From Gammaproteobacteria bacterium (GTDB taxonomy: Bacteria > Pseudomonadota > Gammaproteobacteria > JBCCGL01), in NCBI GenBank assembly GCA_965277715.1, contig OZ255836.1:3968001-4032000 (forward strand): a stretch of DNA of 64,000 nt, in the 5' to 3' direction. A model generated the notes under the pieces. That model was given only the letters and a program-made list of their open reading frames with translations. It had not been told where the DNA came from and did not search any database. Below are positions 52,764-62,304 of this stretch, in pieces (the stretch's first letter is position 1; the number at the start of each line of letters is the position of its first letter). A program made the position numbers and the translations under genes.

Positions 52764-53657
52764 ATGAGTACAACGGTCGCGTTTATTGGCCTCGGGGTGA
52801 TGGGTTACCCGATGGCGGGGTATCTGGCTAAAGCCGGGCATACGGTACGTGTTTATAACCGCACGTCTGCAAAAGCTGAAAAGTGGGTGGCTGAATACGG
52901 TGGCAGTTGCCATGTAACACCCGCTGAGACCACTGAGGGTGCCGCAATTGTAATGGCCTGTGTCGGTAATGATGATGATCTTCGGCAGGTGACGGTGGGT
53001 GATGGTGGGGCATTTGCCGGTATGACCTCTGGCAGCATTTTTGTCGACCACACAACCGCATCAGCTAACGTTGCCCGCGAGCTTTATGCCCTGGCGGGTG
53101 AACAGGGCGTTGCGTTTCTCGATGCGCCGGTTTCCGGTGGGCAGGCGGGTGCTGAGAATGGTGCGCTGACAGTGATGGTAGGCGGTGATCAAGCGCCTTA
53201 CGATATTGCCAGGCCATTTATTGACTGTTTTGCCAAAATGGTGCGTTTGATGGGTGACAGCGGTGCCGGTCAGTTGACTAAGATGGTCAATCAGACGTGT
53301 ATCGCGGGCCTGGTGCAAGGTTTATCTGAGGGTTTGCATCTGGCACGCGCCAGTGGGCTGGATGGCAAGGCAGTGGTCGATGTGATCTCCAAGGGAGCAG
53401 CGCAGTCCTGGCAGATGGAAAATCGTTATGAAACGATGTTGGATGGTAGGTTTGATTATGGTTTTGCCGTGGACTGGATGCGTAAGGATCTGGCAATTGT
53501 GCTTGAGCAGGCGCAGACCTGTGGCGTCAGTTTGCCGGTGACGGCATTGGTTGATCAGTTTTACGCTGAGGTGCAGTCAATGGGTGGAAAACGCTGGGAT
53601 ACCTCCAGTCTGTTTGCCCGGCTGGAGGCTATTTCTGCTGCGCGATTTGACGATTGA
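52764..53657 (+). CDS. Beta-hydroxyacid dehydrogenase (3-hydroxyisobutyrate/tartronate semialdehyde family)
   Basis: FIGLGVMG, YNRT, LDAPVSGG, KMVNQ, MRKDL. Confidence 0.93.
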   Translation: MSTTVAFIGLGVMGYPMAGYLAKAGHTVRVYNRTSAKAEKWVAEYGGSCHVTPAETTEGAAIVMACVGNDDDLRQVTVGDGGAFAGMTSGSIFVDHTTASANVARELYALAGEQGVAFLDAPVSGGQAGAENGALTVMVGGDQAPYDIARPFIDCFAKMVRLMGDSGAGQLTKMVNQTCIAGLVQGLSEGLHLARASGLDGKAVVDVISKGAAQSWQMENRYETMLDGRFDYGFAVDWMRKDLAIVLEQAQTCGVSLPVTALVDQFYAEVQSMGGKRWDTSSLFARLEAISAARFDD

Positions 53658-53762
53658 GGGTTTGCCCCGAAATAACGTCTGTATTGATTCAATTTGAGGG
53701 TGGGCGAGATAATTCCATTTTGGTAAATGATCACCAAGTTGAATAGCTATAGTCTCTTTCAG

Positions 53763-53938
53763 CCTAAGATCCTCAGTGGAATCGTAGCGGGGGTGTCTAA
53801 GGTGCTGAAGATGAAATGTTTTTGCACAAATTTTAGTGATCGCGTGGTCACTCTATGGATGAAGCCAAGGTCTGGGTGAAAGGGCTTTAGGTTCTGTGTC
53901 TTAGGTGTCCGCAGTAGATTCAGCTGCGGATTTTTAGG
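53763..53938. mobile_element. Diverged full-length MITE family A (176 bp), no clear TSD
   Basis: Colinear with 55171..55345 with many substitutions. Confidence 0.8.
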
Positions 53939-54113
53939 CTGACCCTATCGGCGTACTTTCACCCCGTTTCGAGCCATTTTTTGTGCACTGTTGAGGAGGA
54001 AATAACGTATGGAATGTGCTTGCATACCAGCCCTGAATGGGGTGGGTAGGCACTGGATGTGCCTGTGTTGATAAAGCGGCGCTATTGATATTGGTTGATT
54101 AAATTTTTGCACC

Positions 54114-55094
54114 CTATTCAGATAGCCGGTTGAGTTGGTTTTTTAGTTCCTTGATGAGCTTGTCTTTATCTTTGAGTACCTGATCTTTTTCCTCAAGTGC
54201 TTGTTCTTGTTCCCTGACGATCTGGTCTTTCTCCTCAAGCGCCTGGTCTTTTTTCTCAAGCGCCTGGTCTTTTTCCTCAAGTACCCGGTTCTTTTCTTTC
54301 AGTGCTTTGCTTTGTTCTTCGACCAGTTGTTCTTTTGCCTCGATTTCGCGTTCCTTGTTTTGCAGTTCCAGCAGTATCTCGTCTTCAATCTGCATGGTGT
54401 CGATAACCTCTGGCTCACTAATCGCCGCCTGCAAACGCCTGATCAATACGTGGTATTTCTTTGGAAACAGCGCCTCATCAATCGACAGCCTGTGTCTGTT
54501 CTCCACCTGTAGGTCCTGGTCGAATATTTCCAGTAGTTTCTCCAGGTCGTTGCGGCGTTGGGCTTTCAGGTAGGGAATTTGTACCACATAGCTGTCGTGG
54601 GTCAGGCTTTCGATAAAGGTTTCTTTGTCGGCCAGTGTTTCGCCGGTAATCGCATCGGTATAGATTCGGCCTACTTTGATAACGGATGCTGTGCAGTGGT
54701 TGAGCGTGTGGCCCAAAAAGTAGATGGTAATAATCGGCAGCGCCTGATATGTACTGTGCCCCGTGGCCGAAACAGTCGCATGGACATTTTTTTCATCGCT
54801 GTACTGCTGCCCCAGGTAGCGCCGGAAACGCATAATATCGCTGGTGTATTTGGCTTTCTGGATTTCAATAATGACTTGTTTGAACTGCCCATCGCGGGTT
54901 TTAACCCTGGCGGAAAAATCGAGTCGGTAGACGGTGAGGTTTTTTTCAGTCAGGTTGGCCAGGCGCTCTTGTGGTTGCAGGGCGATGTCGATGACGTCCA
55001 TACTGATGATTTCACCAATGATCAGCTTGGCGGCGCGCTCGTCGGCCATCAGGTATTTGAAGACGACATCGTAGATTGGGTTGGCGATTTGCAT
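54114..55094 (-). CDS. Rpn-like nuclease, inverted paralog of 10755..11672 with 21 extra aa
   Basis: Near-identical N-terminal ~265 aa; extra ALEEKDQ-type heptads. Confidence 0.82.
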   Translation of the reverse strand: MQIANPIYDVVFKYLMADERAAKLIIGEIISMDVIDIALQPQERLANLTEKNLTVYRLDFSARVKTRDGQFKQVIIEIQKAKYTSDIMRFRRYLGQQYSDEKNVHATVSATGHSTYQALPIITIYFLGHTLNHCTASVIKVGRIYTDAITGETLADKETFIESLTHDSYVVQIPYLKAQRRNDLEKLLEIFDQDLQVENRHRLSIDEALFPKKYHVLIRRLQAAISEPEVIDTMQIEDEILLELQNKEREIEAKEQLVEEQSKALKEKNRVLEEKDQALEKKDQALEEKDQIVREQEQALEEKDQVLKDKDKLIKELKNQLNRLSE

Positions 55095-55170
55095 GGTGCG
55101 ATAGTACGCGATGGGTCAAATATGTACCAGCTACTCAAACCATGCAGATAGTGTTATTTGCGTTAGTAAG

Positions 55171-55345
55171 CCTAAATTCCGCAGTTGAATCGTAGCGAGG
55201 GCGTCTAAGGTGCTGAAGATGAAGTGTTTTTACCAGCATTTTAGCCATCCTGTAGTGATTCTACAGGTGAAGCTGAAATGCTGGTAAAAGCGCTTTAGAT
55301 TCAGTGCATTAGGTGGGCGCAGTAGATTCAACTGAGGAATTTAGG
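55171..55345. mobile_element. Full-length MITE family A (175-bp hairpin), TSD GTAAG
   Basis: GTAAG-CCTAAATTCCGCAGTTGAATC...GATTCAACTGAGGAATTTAGG-GTAAG; empty site in the paralog at ~10679-10683. Confidence 0.92.
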
Positions 55346-55504
55346 GTAAGAGAAGGGTAATTGCGTACGGGGTTTATGGTCTGTGGTGCAACGAGGTTTT
55401 ATTGCCATTGTCGCCAGCCCTGGTCGAGGTAAATCCAGGCATTATTACGAGGCACACCCTAAGCGGGGCTGAGCGACCAGGCACAGCGATCAGGGGGATA
55501 GCGA

Positions 55505-56827
55505 TCAGGGTCTGCCAATTGCAAAATAACTCAGGCCCTGTTTGCGTACAACTTCCGGGTCGTAGACATTGCGACCATCAAATACAACCGGGCTGCGCAA
55601 TGTGGCACTAACGCGTGGCCAGTCCGGACTCCTGAATTCATGCCATTCGGTGTTGATGACCAATGCATCGGCACCTTCGAGGGCATCCATTGCGGTGCCC
55701 ATTAGCGAGAGCTGTTTTTGATCGGGGTATAGTTTTCTGGTTTCCTGCATGGCGACCGGGTCATACGCTCTTACTGTGGCACCTGCTGCCCATAAACGTT
55801 CCATTAATACCCGGCTGGGCGCTTCGCGCATATCGTCGGTATTGGGCTTGAACGATAAACCCCAGAGTGCCACTGTTTTGCCTTCCAGGTCACCGTTGAA
55901 GTAATGGTTTATCTTGGTGTACAGCACGTGTTTTTGTCGTTGATTTACAGCCTCCACGGCACGCAATAATTCGGCTGTGTAACCAATGCCATCAGCAATT
56001 GCCGACAGGGCTTTTACATCTTTGGGAAAGCAGGAGCCACCATAGCCACAGCCAGGGTAGATAAACTGGTAACCAATGCGTGGGTCAGAGCCGATGCCGG
56101 TACGCACGCTCTCAATATCCACACCAAGTTTTTCCGCCATATTGGCCAGTTCATTCATAAAGCTGATTTTGGTGGCAAGCAGCGCATTGGCAGCGTATTT
56201 GGTCATCTCTGAAGAGCGTACACTCATGAACATCAGCCGATCCCTATTGCGGCAAAATGGTGCGTAAAGTGTGCGCATGCATTCCATTGCATAGCTGTCT
56301 TCGGTGCCAACGATGATTCTGTCTGGTTTCATAAAGTCATCGATAGCGGCGCCTTCTTTAAGAAACTCAGGGTTGGAGATTACGGTGATTTGCAGGTCTG
56401 CGTTACGCTCAGTAAGGTGCTGCTTAATACAGGCTGTTACCGTGTCAGCGGTGCCTACCGGCACTGTGGATTTGTTGACCAGTAATTTGCGTTCGGTCAT
56501 TCGTTCGCCAACGGCACCAGCCACGGCCAGTACATGCTGGAGGTCGGCAGAACCGTCCTCTCCCGGTGGTGTGCCGACGGCGATAAACTGTAATTCGCTA
56601 AAGCTGACTGCGCGATCAGTATCGGTGGTAAAGTCGAGCCGGTTGGCCTCTAGATTGCGTTTGACGATATCTTCCAGGCCCGGTTCGTATATTGGTACGA
56701 TACCCTGCTTTAACGCATCTACCTTGGTTTGGTCGATATCCACACACAGTACATTATTGCCTACGTCGGCGAGTAACGCGCCGGTAACTAAACCGACGTA
56801 TCCAGACCCATAAATGGTCACATTCAT
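55505..56827 (-). CDS. ugd: UDP-glucose 6-dehydrogenase
   Basis: [45 protein letters not shown]. Confidence 0.96.
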   Translation of the reverse strand: MNVTIYGSGYVGLVTGALLADVGNNVLCVDIDQTKVDALKQGIVPIYEPGLEDIVKRNLEANRLDFTTDTDRAVSFSELQFIAVGTPPGEDGSADLQHVLAVAGAVGERMTERKLLVNKSTVPVGTADTVTACIKQHLTERNADLQITVISNPEFLKEGAAIDDFMKPDRIIVGTEDSYAMECMRTLYAPFCRNRDRLMFMSVRSSEMTKYAANALLATKISFMNELANMAEKLGVDIESVRTGIGSDPRIGYQFIYPGCGYGGSCFPKDVKALSAIADGIGYTAELLRAVEAVNQRQKHVLYTKINHYFNGDLEGKTVALWGLSFKPNTDDMREAPSRVLMERLWAAGATVRAYDPVAMQETRKLYPDQKQLSLMGTAMDALEGADALVINTEWHEFRSPDWPRVSATLRSPVVFDGRNVYDPEVVRKQGLSYFAIGRP

Positions 56828-57004
56828 TGCTTGTATTGTTCCTGTATCTAATTTAGGGGTGAGAGAAAGGTTCTCTCAGCGTTAGCTGCGTAAGGTAGCA
56901 CGAGTGCAAATATTGTAGGTGTAAATCCTTTATTTATTCACAGATTGCAATGGAACACCTTGAATTAGAGCCTGTCTCATGCGACCCTTGGTCTAATATT
57001 GTTA

Positions 57005-57141
57005 GAAGGTGTCTTAAAACTACTACGCTCGGTGATCCAGCGTTGGAAATCGACAAAAGGTGCGTATCTATTGCGTGTAAGCTGTGTTTTTTGCCGACTT
57101 CCTGCTTCGCCTTCGTTGTGACGACGTTTTAAGGCAGCCTC
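57005..57141. mobile_element. Possible further MITE with imperfect TIR
   Basis: aggtgtcttaaaac ... gttttaaggcagcct inverted ends; single copy in the window. Confidence 0.45.
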
Positions 57142-57175
57142 GTTAAGCGCTGTGTGTACAGCCTGGAGATAATCA

Positions 57176-57676
57176 TTGGATTTGGTGCAAGAAACTGATT
57201 TGCTGCGCAAAGTACCTATGTTTGCAAAGCTTGATGCCTCAAAGCTGAAGCTGCTGGCGTTCACGAGTGAGCTGGTTGAATTTGATAGCAATGATGTACT
57301 GTTTTACGCGGGTGACAGCGCCGATTGTGCCTATGTGATTATGGATGGCAGCGTCGATATTGTGACGGAGACGGAGCGCGGGTCAGTGGTGGCTTCCACA
57401 CTAAAACAAAATCAGTTGTTCGGCGAGATGGCATTACTGAACAATGCACCGCGAAATGCCACACTGGTTGCCAATGGGTCGCTTACAGTAATGAAGATCA
57501 GTGGGGAGATGTTTTTGAAACTGCTCAGTGAAAATGCCACGCTGGCCCTGGATGTGATGCGTCAATTGAGTGATAAGCTGGCTAAATCCCACCATCAGGT
57601 TGAGACTTTGCAGAAAAGCCTGGGGCAACAGAATCTGGAAAACCATAACACGGAACAACAAAGCGGAGCACGATGA
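57176..57676 (+). CDS. Stand-alone cyclic-nucleotide-binding domain protein
   Basis: LRKVPMFA, FGEMALL..APRNAT phosphate-binding cassette; no HTH. Confidence 0.9.
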   Translation: MDLVQETDLLRKVPMFAKLDASKLKLLAFTSELVEFDSNDVLFYAGDSADCAYVIMDGSVDIVTETERGSVVASTLKQNQLFGEMALLNNAPRNATLVANGSLTVMKISGEMFLKLLSENATLALDVMRQLSDKLAKSHHQVETLQKSLGQQNLENHNTEQQSGAR

Positions 57677-58344
57677 TACCAATGGACACTACACCTAATA
57701 ACAACGCTGATTACGACAGGTTTAAGGCGCTATGGCAGCGTTGTCTGCTCAATGATGCAGTCGATCAACATGCGGCTATTTACCAGCAGTTGGTCGCAGC
57801 TTATGGCGAACCTCAACGGGTTTACCACACACTGGAGCATATTGGGCATTGCTTATCAATGCTGGATAGTGCGCACTCACTGCTGGAGTGTGCGGATGCC
57901 GTTGAACTGGCGATCTGGTTTCACGATGTGGTTTATCAACCTGGTTCGCGTGATAACGAGCAATTGAGTGCCGATCAATTTATGGCACATACCGAAGGCG
58001 TATTTGATGACACACTGCGCGAGATGGTTTATCAACATATTATGGCAACGCTGCACTGTGGTTCTGCAGTGAATGTGGGTGATGCAGCGTTTATGGTTGA
58101 TATTGATTTATCCAGTTTTGGCCTGCTTTGGCCGGATTTCCTGCGTGACAGTACGAATGTACGCAAGGAGATGACGCATATGTCTGATGCTGAGTTTTAC
58201 CCCAAGCAAACGGCGTTTCAGCGGTTGTTACTTGACCAGCCCCGGTTTTTTCAAAGCGATTACTTCTACGAAAAGTATGAAGTGCAGGCGAGAAAAAATC
58301 TGGCAGAGTATTTTGAACTCACCCGGCAGCGACTAGCTGACTGA
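57673..58344 (+). CDS. Predicted HD-superfamily metal-dependent phosphohydrolase (COG4339-like)
   Basis: QRVYHTLEHI, LAIWFHDVVY, DNEQLSA, DIDLS. Confidence 0.82.
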   Translation: MIPMDTTPNNNADYDRFKALWQRCLLNDAVDQHAAIYQQLVAAYGEPQRVYHTLEHIGHCLSMLDSAHSLLECADAVELAIWFHDVVYQPGSRDNEQLSADQFMAHTEGVFDDTLREMVYQHIMATLHCGSAVNVGDAAFMVDIDLSSFGLLWPDFLRDSTNVRKEMTHMSDAEFYPKQTAFQRLLLDQPRFFQSDYFYEKYEVQARKNLAEYFELTRQRLAD

Positions 58345-58361
58345 CGCTACCTCCTGATCGT

Positions 58362-59708
58362 TTAATAGCTAACCGTTTCGTCAATGGTGAAAATTTTCAC
58401 TGGCTTGTTGAGCCCACGCACAGCGACTTCACCCAGTGGCTTGAAGGCGTATTCACCTGAATCGATCAGGGCGTGTGTATTTTCAGAAACGATGATGCGC
58501 GTTCCATAGTCTTTATTCAATTGTTCCAGTCGTGCGGTTAAGTTGACATTATCGCCGTGTACAGTGTAGCCGACGCGATCACCAGAACCGACTAATCCAC
58601 CTACCACGCGACCTGAATTGATGCCAATGCGCGTATTAAAGGGGACACCCTCGCCAAATGACTGGCCTTCCAGCGTGCGCTGAATATCCAAAGCGGCTCT
58701 GACGGCGTTGCTGGCGTGATTGATATCGGCTTTGGGCACGTTGAATGTCGCCAGTACGGCATCCCCTTGAAACTGGCTGATAACGCCGCCGCACGCTTCG
58801 ATAGGCTTGGCTATCAAGGTAAAGTATTGGTTGAGTGCCTCGATGAGTTGTTCTGGTGAGAGGGTTTCGCTAATCGACGTAAACCCTTCGATATCGGTAA
58901 ACAGAATAGTGGTTTCGTTGACTTCGCCTTTTCCTGTGGTGGCGCCTTCCTCGGAGCGGGTTACCTGCTGCGCCACAACCTCGGGCACAAAGCGTGATAA
59001 ATCCCGTGCCGCACTGCCTTCAACGACCGACTCAATGAGTAGATGGCGGGCGCGATAAAGCGCTAGAGCCAACACGCCGGTAACAATCAAGATGGAGATG
59101 ATCTTATCGAATTCGGCGCCGATCAGAATGCTGTTAGAGGTCATGTACTCGACATAATCGCGTGTCATCATACGGTCAGCCGGGTCGCTGAAAAGCACGT
59201 ATAGCACCATTAACCCCCATCCCATGGCGGCACTGAGGCCGGTTGCTATGACAAACCGTGGGTCGAAGTGCAGTGCGCGAATACCGATAAAGATAAATAC
59301 GTACAACAGTGTGGGCGCTTTTAAATAAAAGGAGGGGGGTTGTTCATACTGTAAATGGAAGCTCCAGATTAACCCCATCAATAAAGCGATATCCGCCACT
59401 GCCGAGAGGTATAGCATCCAGTCGGGCAGTTTGCGGTTGATGGCCAGCGTGAGCCGTAGCAGGCTGAATAACAGGTATGCCCCCAGTGCCCAGGGTACTG
59501 GCGTAAAGGTAACGTCTTCTGAGAAGGTTTTGGGGGAAACGCTGTATAACAGGCCAAAAATGCTAACGATCAATAACTGAATCATACTGATCAGAATTTC
59601 GCTGCGCTCTTGTTGTTCACGAATGGTTTTTTGTAAACGCTTGGGCAGCGTGGCTTTGTCTTGACTGTGGCTTGCCAATGACCAGTTGGATGGGGTTTTA
59701 GATGTCAT
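58362..59708 (-). CDS. Membrane-bound class III nucleotidyl cyclase
   Basis: Multiple TM helices, LFTDIEGFT, QFQGDA, RIGINSG, YTVHGDNVNLTARLE. Confidence 0.92.
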   Translation of the reverse strand: MTSKTPSNWSLASHSQDKATLPKRLQKTIREQQERSEILISMIQLLIVSIFGLLYSVSPKTFSEDVTFTPVPWALGAYLLFSLLRLTLAINRKLPDWMLYLSAVADIALLMGLIWSFHLQYEQPPSFYLKAPTLLYVFIFIGIRALHFDPRFVIATGLSAAMGWGLMVLYVLFSDPADRMMTRDYVEYMTSNSILIGAEFDKIISILIVTGVLALALYRARHLLIESVVEGSAARDLSRFVPEVVAQQVTRSEEGATTGKGEVNETTILFTDIEGFTSISETLSPEQLIEALNQYFTLIAKPIEACGGVISQFQGDAVLATFNVPKADINHASNAVRAALDIQRTLEGQSFGEGVPFNTRIGINSGRVVGGLVGSGDRVGYTVHGDNVNLTARLEQLNKDYGTRIIVSENTHALIDSGEYAFKPLGEVAVRGLNKPVKIFTIDETVSY

Positions 59709-59808
59709 AATGGTGTTTTTTGTAATCTTTTAACCTTGAATTCACAGTGTGTTTCTAAGCATTTCGGTGTAACCTGCCCCTGCTTAAGGTGGTGAGAATA
59801 ATAAAACA

Positions 59809-61008
59809 TTGGCAGAACGTCTCGATCATGCACGAATACTGATCTACAGCCACGATTCTTTCGGGCTGGGTCATTTGCGTCGGTGCCGCACCATCGCCCA
59901 TTCACTGGTAGCTCGCTATAAGGGCGTGTCGGTGCTTATTCTTTCCGGTTCACCAATTATAGGCAGTTTTGATTTCAAAGCACGTGTGGATTTTGTGCGT
60001 ATCCCCGGTGTAATTAAACTTAAGGATGGTGAATATACCTCACTTGGCTTACACATTGACCTCGAACAGACAATGTCGATGCGCGAAGCGATCATCTATC
60101 ACACAGCGGTCAGTTTTAAGCCAGATATTTTCCTGGTTGACAAAGAGCCCACGGGTCTTAAAGGGGAGGTCGTCAGTACGTTGGAAATGCTGCGAGAACA
60201 GGGCGCTATTAACATATTGGGGTTGCGCGATGTGATGGATGAGCCCTCATCGTTAAAACGCGAGTGGGCGCGTAAACAGGTACAGCCTGTACTGGAGCAC
60301 TTGTATCACGATATATGGGTGTACGGTCTCGACCAGATGGGTAACCCCGTTGAGGGGCTCGACCTGCCTGAATCGGTGTTGCAAAAGATAAATTATACGG
60401 GCTATCTGCAACGGGAATTGCCCAGTGACAACAATTGGGTGTCGCCGGTTAATCTTGATGATCCTTTTATACTGGTGACGGCAGGTGGTGGGGGCGATGG
60501 TGTAGAGATGGTTGATTGGGTGATCAGTGCCTATGAAACGGATGCCACGATTCCCTACCGCGCTGTTATTGTCACGGGGCCTTTTATGCCGTCGATGCAA
60601 CAGCAAATATTTAGTGAACGTTGCGAAATGCTCGACAATGTTGACATTATTACATTCGACAGCCACATAGAATTACTGATGGAGCGGGCGCTTGGGGTTG
60701 TCGCAATGGGGGGGTACAACACATTTTGCGAAATCCTATCGCTGGATAAGCCCGCACTCATTGTGCCGCGCTCAGTGCCGAGGCGTGAACAACTTATCCG
60801 CGCCAGCCGGGGGGTTGCACTCGGTTTGGTCAGCATGCTTAACCCGGATACTGAGGCTGGCCGGGATCCACAGGCAATGGCTGCCGCGTTACACCAGCTT
60901 CCCAAACAATGCCCCCCCTCAGTACACGCTATAGAGGGATTATTGGATGGCCATGATCGTGTGGCTGGCCTTATTCGCCTGCGACTTGAAGAAACCCAGA
61001 GTGGTTGA
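59809..61008 (+). CDS. Predicted glycosyltransferase (COG4671-like)
   Basis: YSHDSFGLGHLRR, GLRDVMD, TAGGGGDG, MGGYNTFCE, REQLIRA. Confidence 0.85.
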   Translation: MAERLDHARILIYSHDSFGLGHLRRCRTIAHSLVARYKGVSVLILSGSPIIGSFDFKARVDFVRIPGVIKLKDGEYTSLGLHIDLEQTMSMREAIIYHTAVSFKPDIFLVDKEPTGLKGEVVSTLEMLREQGAINILGLRDVMDEPSSLKREWARKQVQPVLEHLYHDIWVYGLDQMGNPVEGLDLPESVLQKINYTGYLQRELPSDNNWVSPVNLDDPFILVTAGGGGDGVEMVDWVISAYETDATIPYRAVIVTGPFMPSMQQQIFSERCEMLDNVDIITFDSHIELLMERALGVVAMGGYNTFCEILSLDKPALIVPRSVPRREQLIRASRGVALGLVSMLNPDTEAGRDPQAMAAALHQLPKQCPPSVHAIEGLLDGHDRVAGLIRLRLEETQSG

Positions 61009-61038
61009 GTTGGCGAATGTCTGACAAGCGCTGACGTT

Positions 61039-62253
61039 GTGTCTGTGGATACTTCCAGGCGACGGGTAATGATTTATGTTCAGCATCTGCTGGGCATTGG
61101 GCATTTGCGCCGCGCTGGTTTTCTGGCATGTGCACTGGCGGATAAAAACATTCAGGTTGATTTTGTCAGTGGCGGTATGCCGGTTGCCGGTTTATCGTTG
61201 CCGGGTGTCACTGTGCACCAGTTACCCCCAGTGCGTAGCCTTGATGGTAAGTTCGATAAACTGGTCGATGCAGAGAACCACCGTATTGATGATGCCTGGA
61301 AAGCACGCCGACGGGATCAACTGCTGGCACTTTTTGACGATTTATCACCTCACGCATTAATCACTGAAACCTTCCCGTTTGGTCGGCGTATGATGCGTTT
61401 TGAACTGCTGCCACTGTTGGTCGCTGCGCGTGAATGCCAGGGATCCCCTCTGGTTGTGGCGTCAATTCGTGATATTTTGCAGCCGAAAAGCAAACCGGGT
61501 AGAGACCGGGAGATACACCAACTACTCGATACCTACTATGACCGTGTACTGATTCACGGTGACCAACGCGTTGCCACGCTGGGGGAAACCTTTCCCCTGG
61601 CAAACGAAGTAGCCGATAAGTTGTTTTATACCGGTTACATTGTAGACCCTGGTGTTGATTCTGAGGCAGTGCCCACGCATTTAAAGCGGGTGCCAGAAAA
61701 TGCAGAAGTGCTGGCGGGAGATAGTGAAATTATCATTTCGGGTGGTGGTGGTGCCGCCAGCCTGCCGCTGTTACGTGCGGCAGTGGCCGCGAAGCCATTA
61801 TCCTCCCTGCAACGAAAAACCTGGCGTTTACTGGTGGGGCACAATATCGATAAGGATGCTTTTGAGCAACTGCAACGGTCTGCTGTTAAAGGGTTGATAA
61901 TCGAGCGTAACCGGACAGATTTTCCCACGTTATTACAACGCTGTGCCGTATCGGTTTCTCAAGCGGGCTATAACACGGTAATGGATATTCTAAAAAGCGG
62001 TACACGCGCTGTGCTGGTGCCGTTTGCGCAGGCGGGCGAGCTTGAGCAAACACTGCGTGCCACCTTGTTACAACAACGTAACAGGGTTGTTGCACTGGAG
62101 GAAAAAGACTTGACGCCACAAGCGTTGGCGCAGGCGGTAAAGGCGGCGATAACGATACCACTGCAGTCGGTGGATTTTGCCCTGGACGGTGCAAATGTCA
62201 GTGCCCGGCTATTGTGTGAATGGTTAAACCTAAATTCCGCAGTTGAATCGTAG
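61039..62253 (+). CDS. Second COG4671-like glycosyltransferase; C-terminus derives from MITE sequence
   Basis: YVQHLLGIGHL, ETFPFGRR, SIRDIL, SQAGYNT, EQTLRA. Confidence 0.85.
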   Translation: MSVDTSRRRVMIYVQHLLGIGHLRRAGFLACALADKNIQVDFVSGGMPVAGLSLPGVTVHQLPPVRSLDGKFDKLVDAENHRIDDAWKARRRDQLLALFDDLSPHALITETFPFGRRMMRFELLPLLVAARECQGSPLVVASIRDILQPKSKPGRDREIHQLLDTYYDRVLIHGDQRVATLGETFPLANEVADKLFYTGYIVDPGVDSEAVPTHLKRVPENAEVLAGDSEIIISGGGGAASLPLLRAAVAAKPLSSLQRKTWRLLVGHNIDKDAFEQLQRSAVKGLIIERNRTDFPTLLQRCAVSVSQAGYNTVMDILKSGTRAVLVPFAQAGELEQTLRATLLQQRNRVVALEEKDLTPQALAQAVKAAITIPLQSVDFALDGANVSARLLCEWLNLNSAVES

Positions 62254-62300
62254 CGAGGGCGTCTAAGGTGGTCGCAGTAGATTCAACTGAGGAGTTTAGG
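62229..62300. mobile_element. MITE family A, 72-bp deletion form, TSD TTAAA
   Basis: TTAAA-CCTAAATTCCGCAGTTGAATC...GATTCAACTGAGGAGTTTAGG-TTAAA. Confidence 0.88.
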
Positions 62301-62304
62301 TTAA

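Noticed and set aside
47711-53700. Genomic island integrated at tRNA-Glu
   Set aside because: No integrase and no duplicated tRNA 3' end seen.
57176-59708. Pycsar/CBASS anti-phage system
   Set aside because: The cyclase is multi-TM, the CNB protein has no TIR or TM effector domain, the genes are convergent, and the context is a glycosyltransferase cluster.
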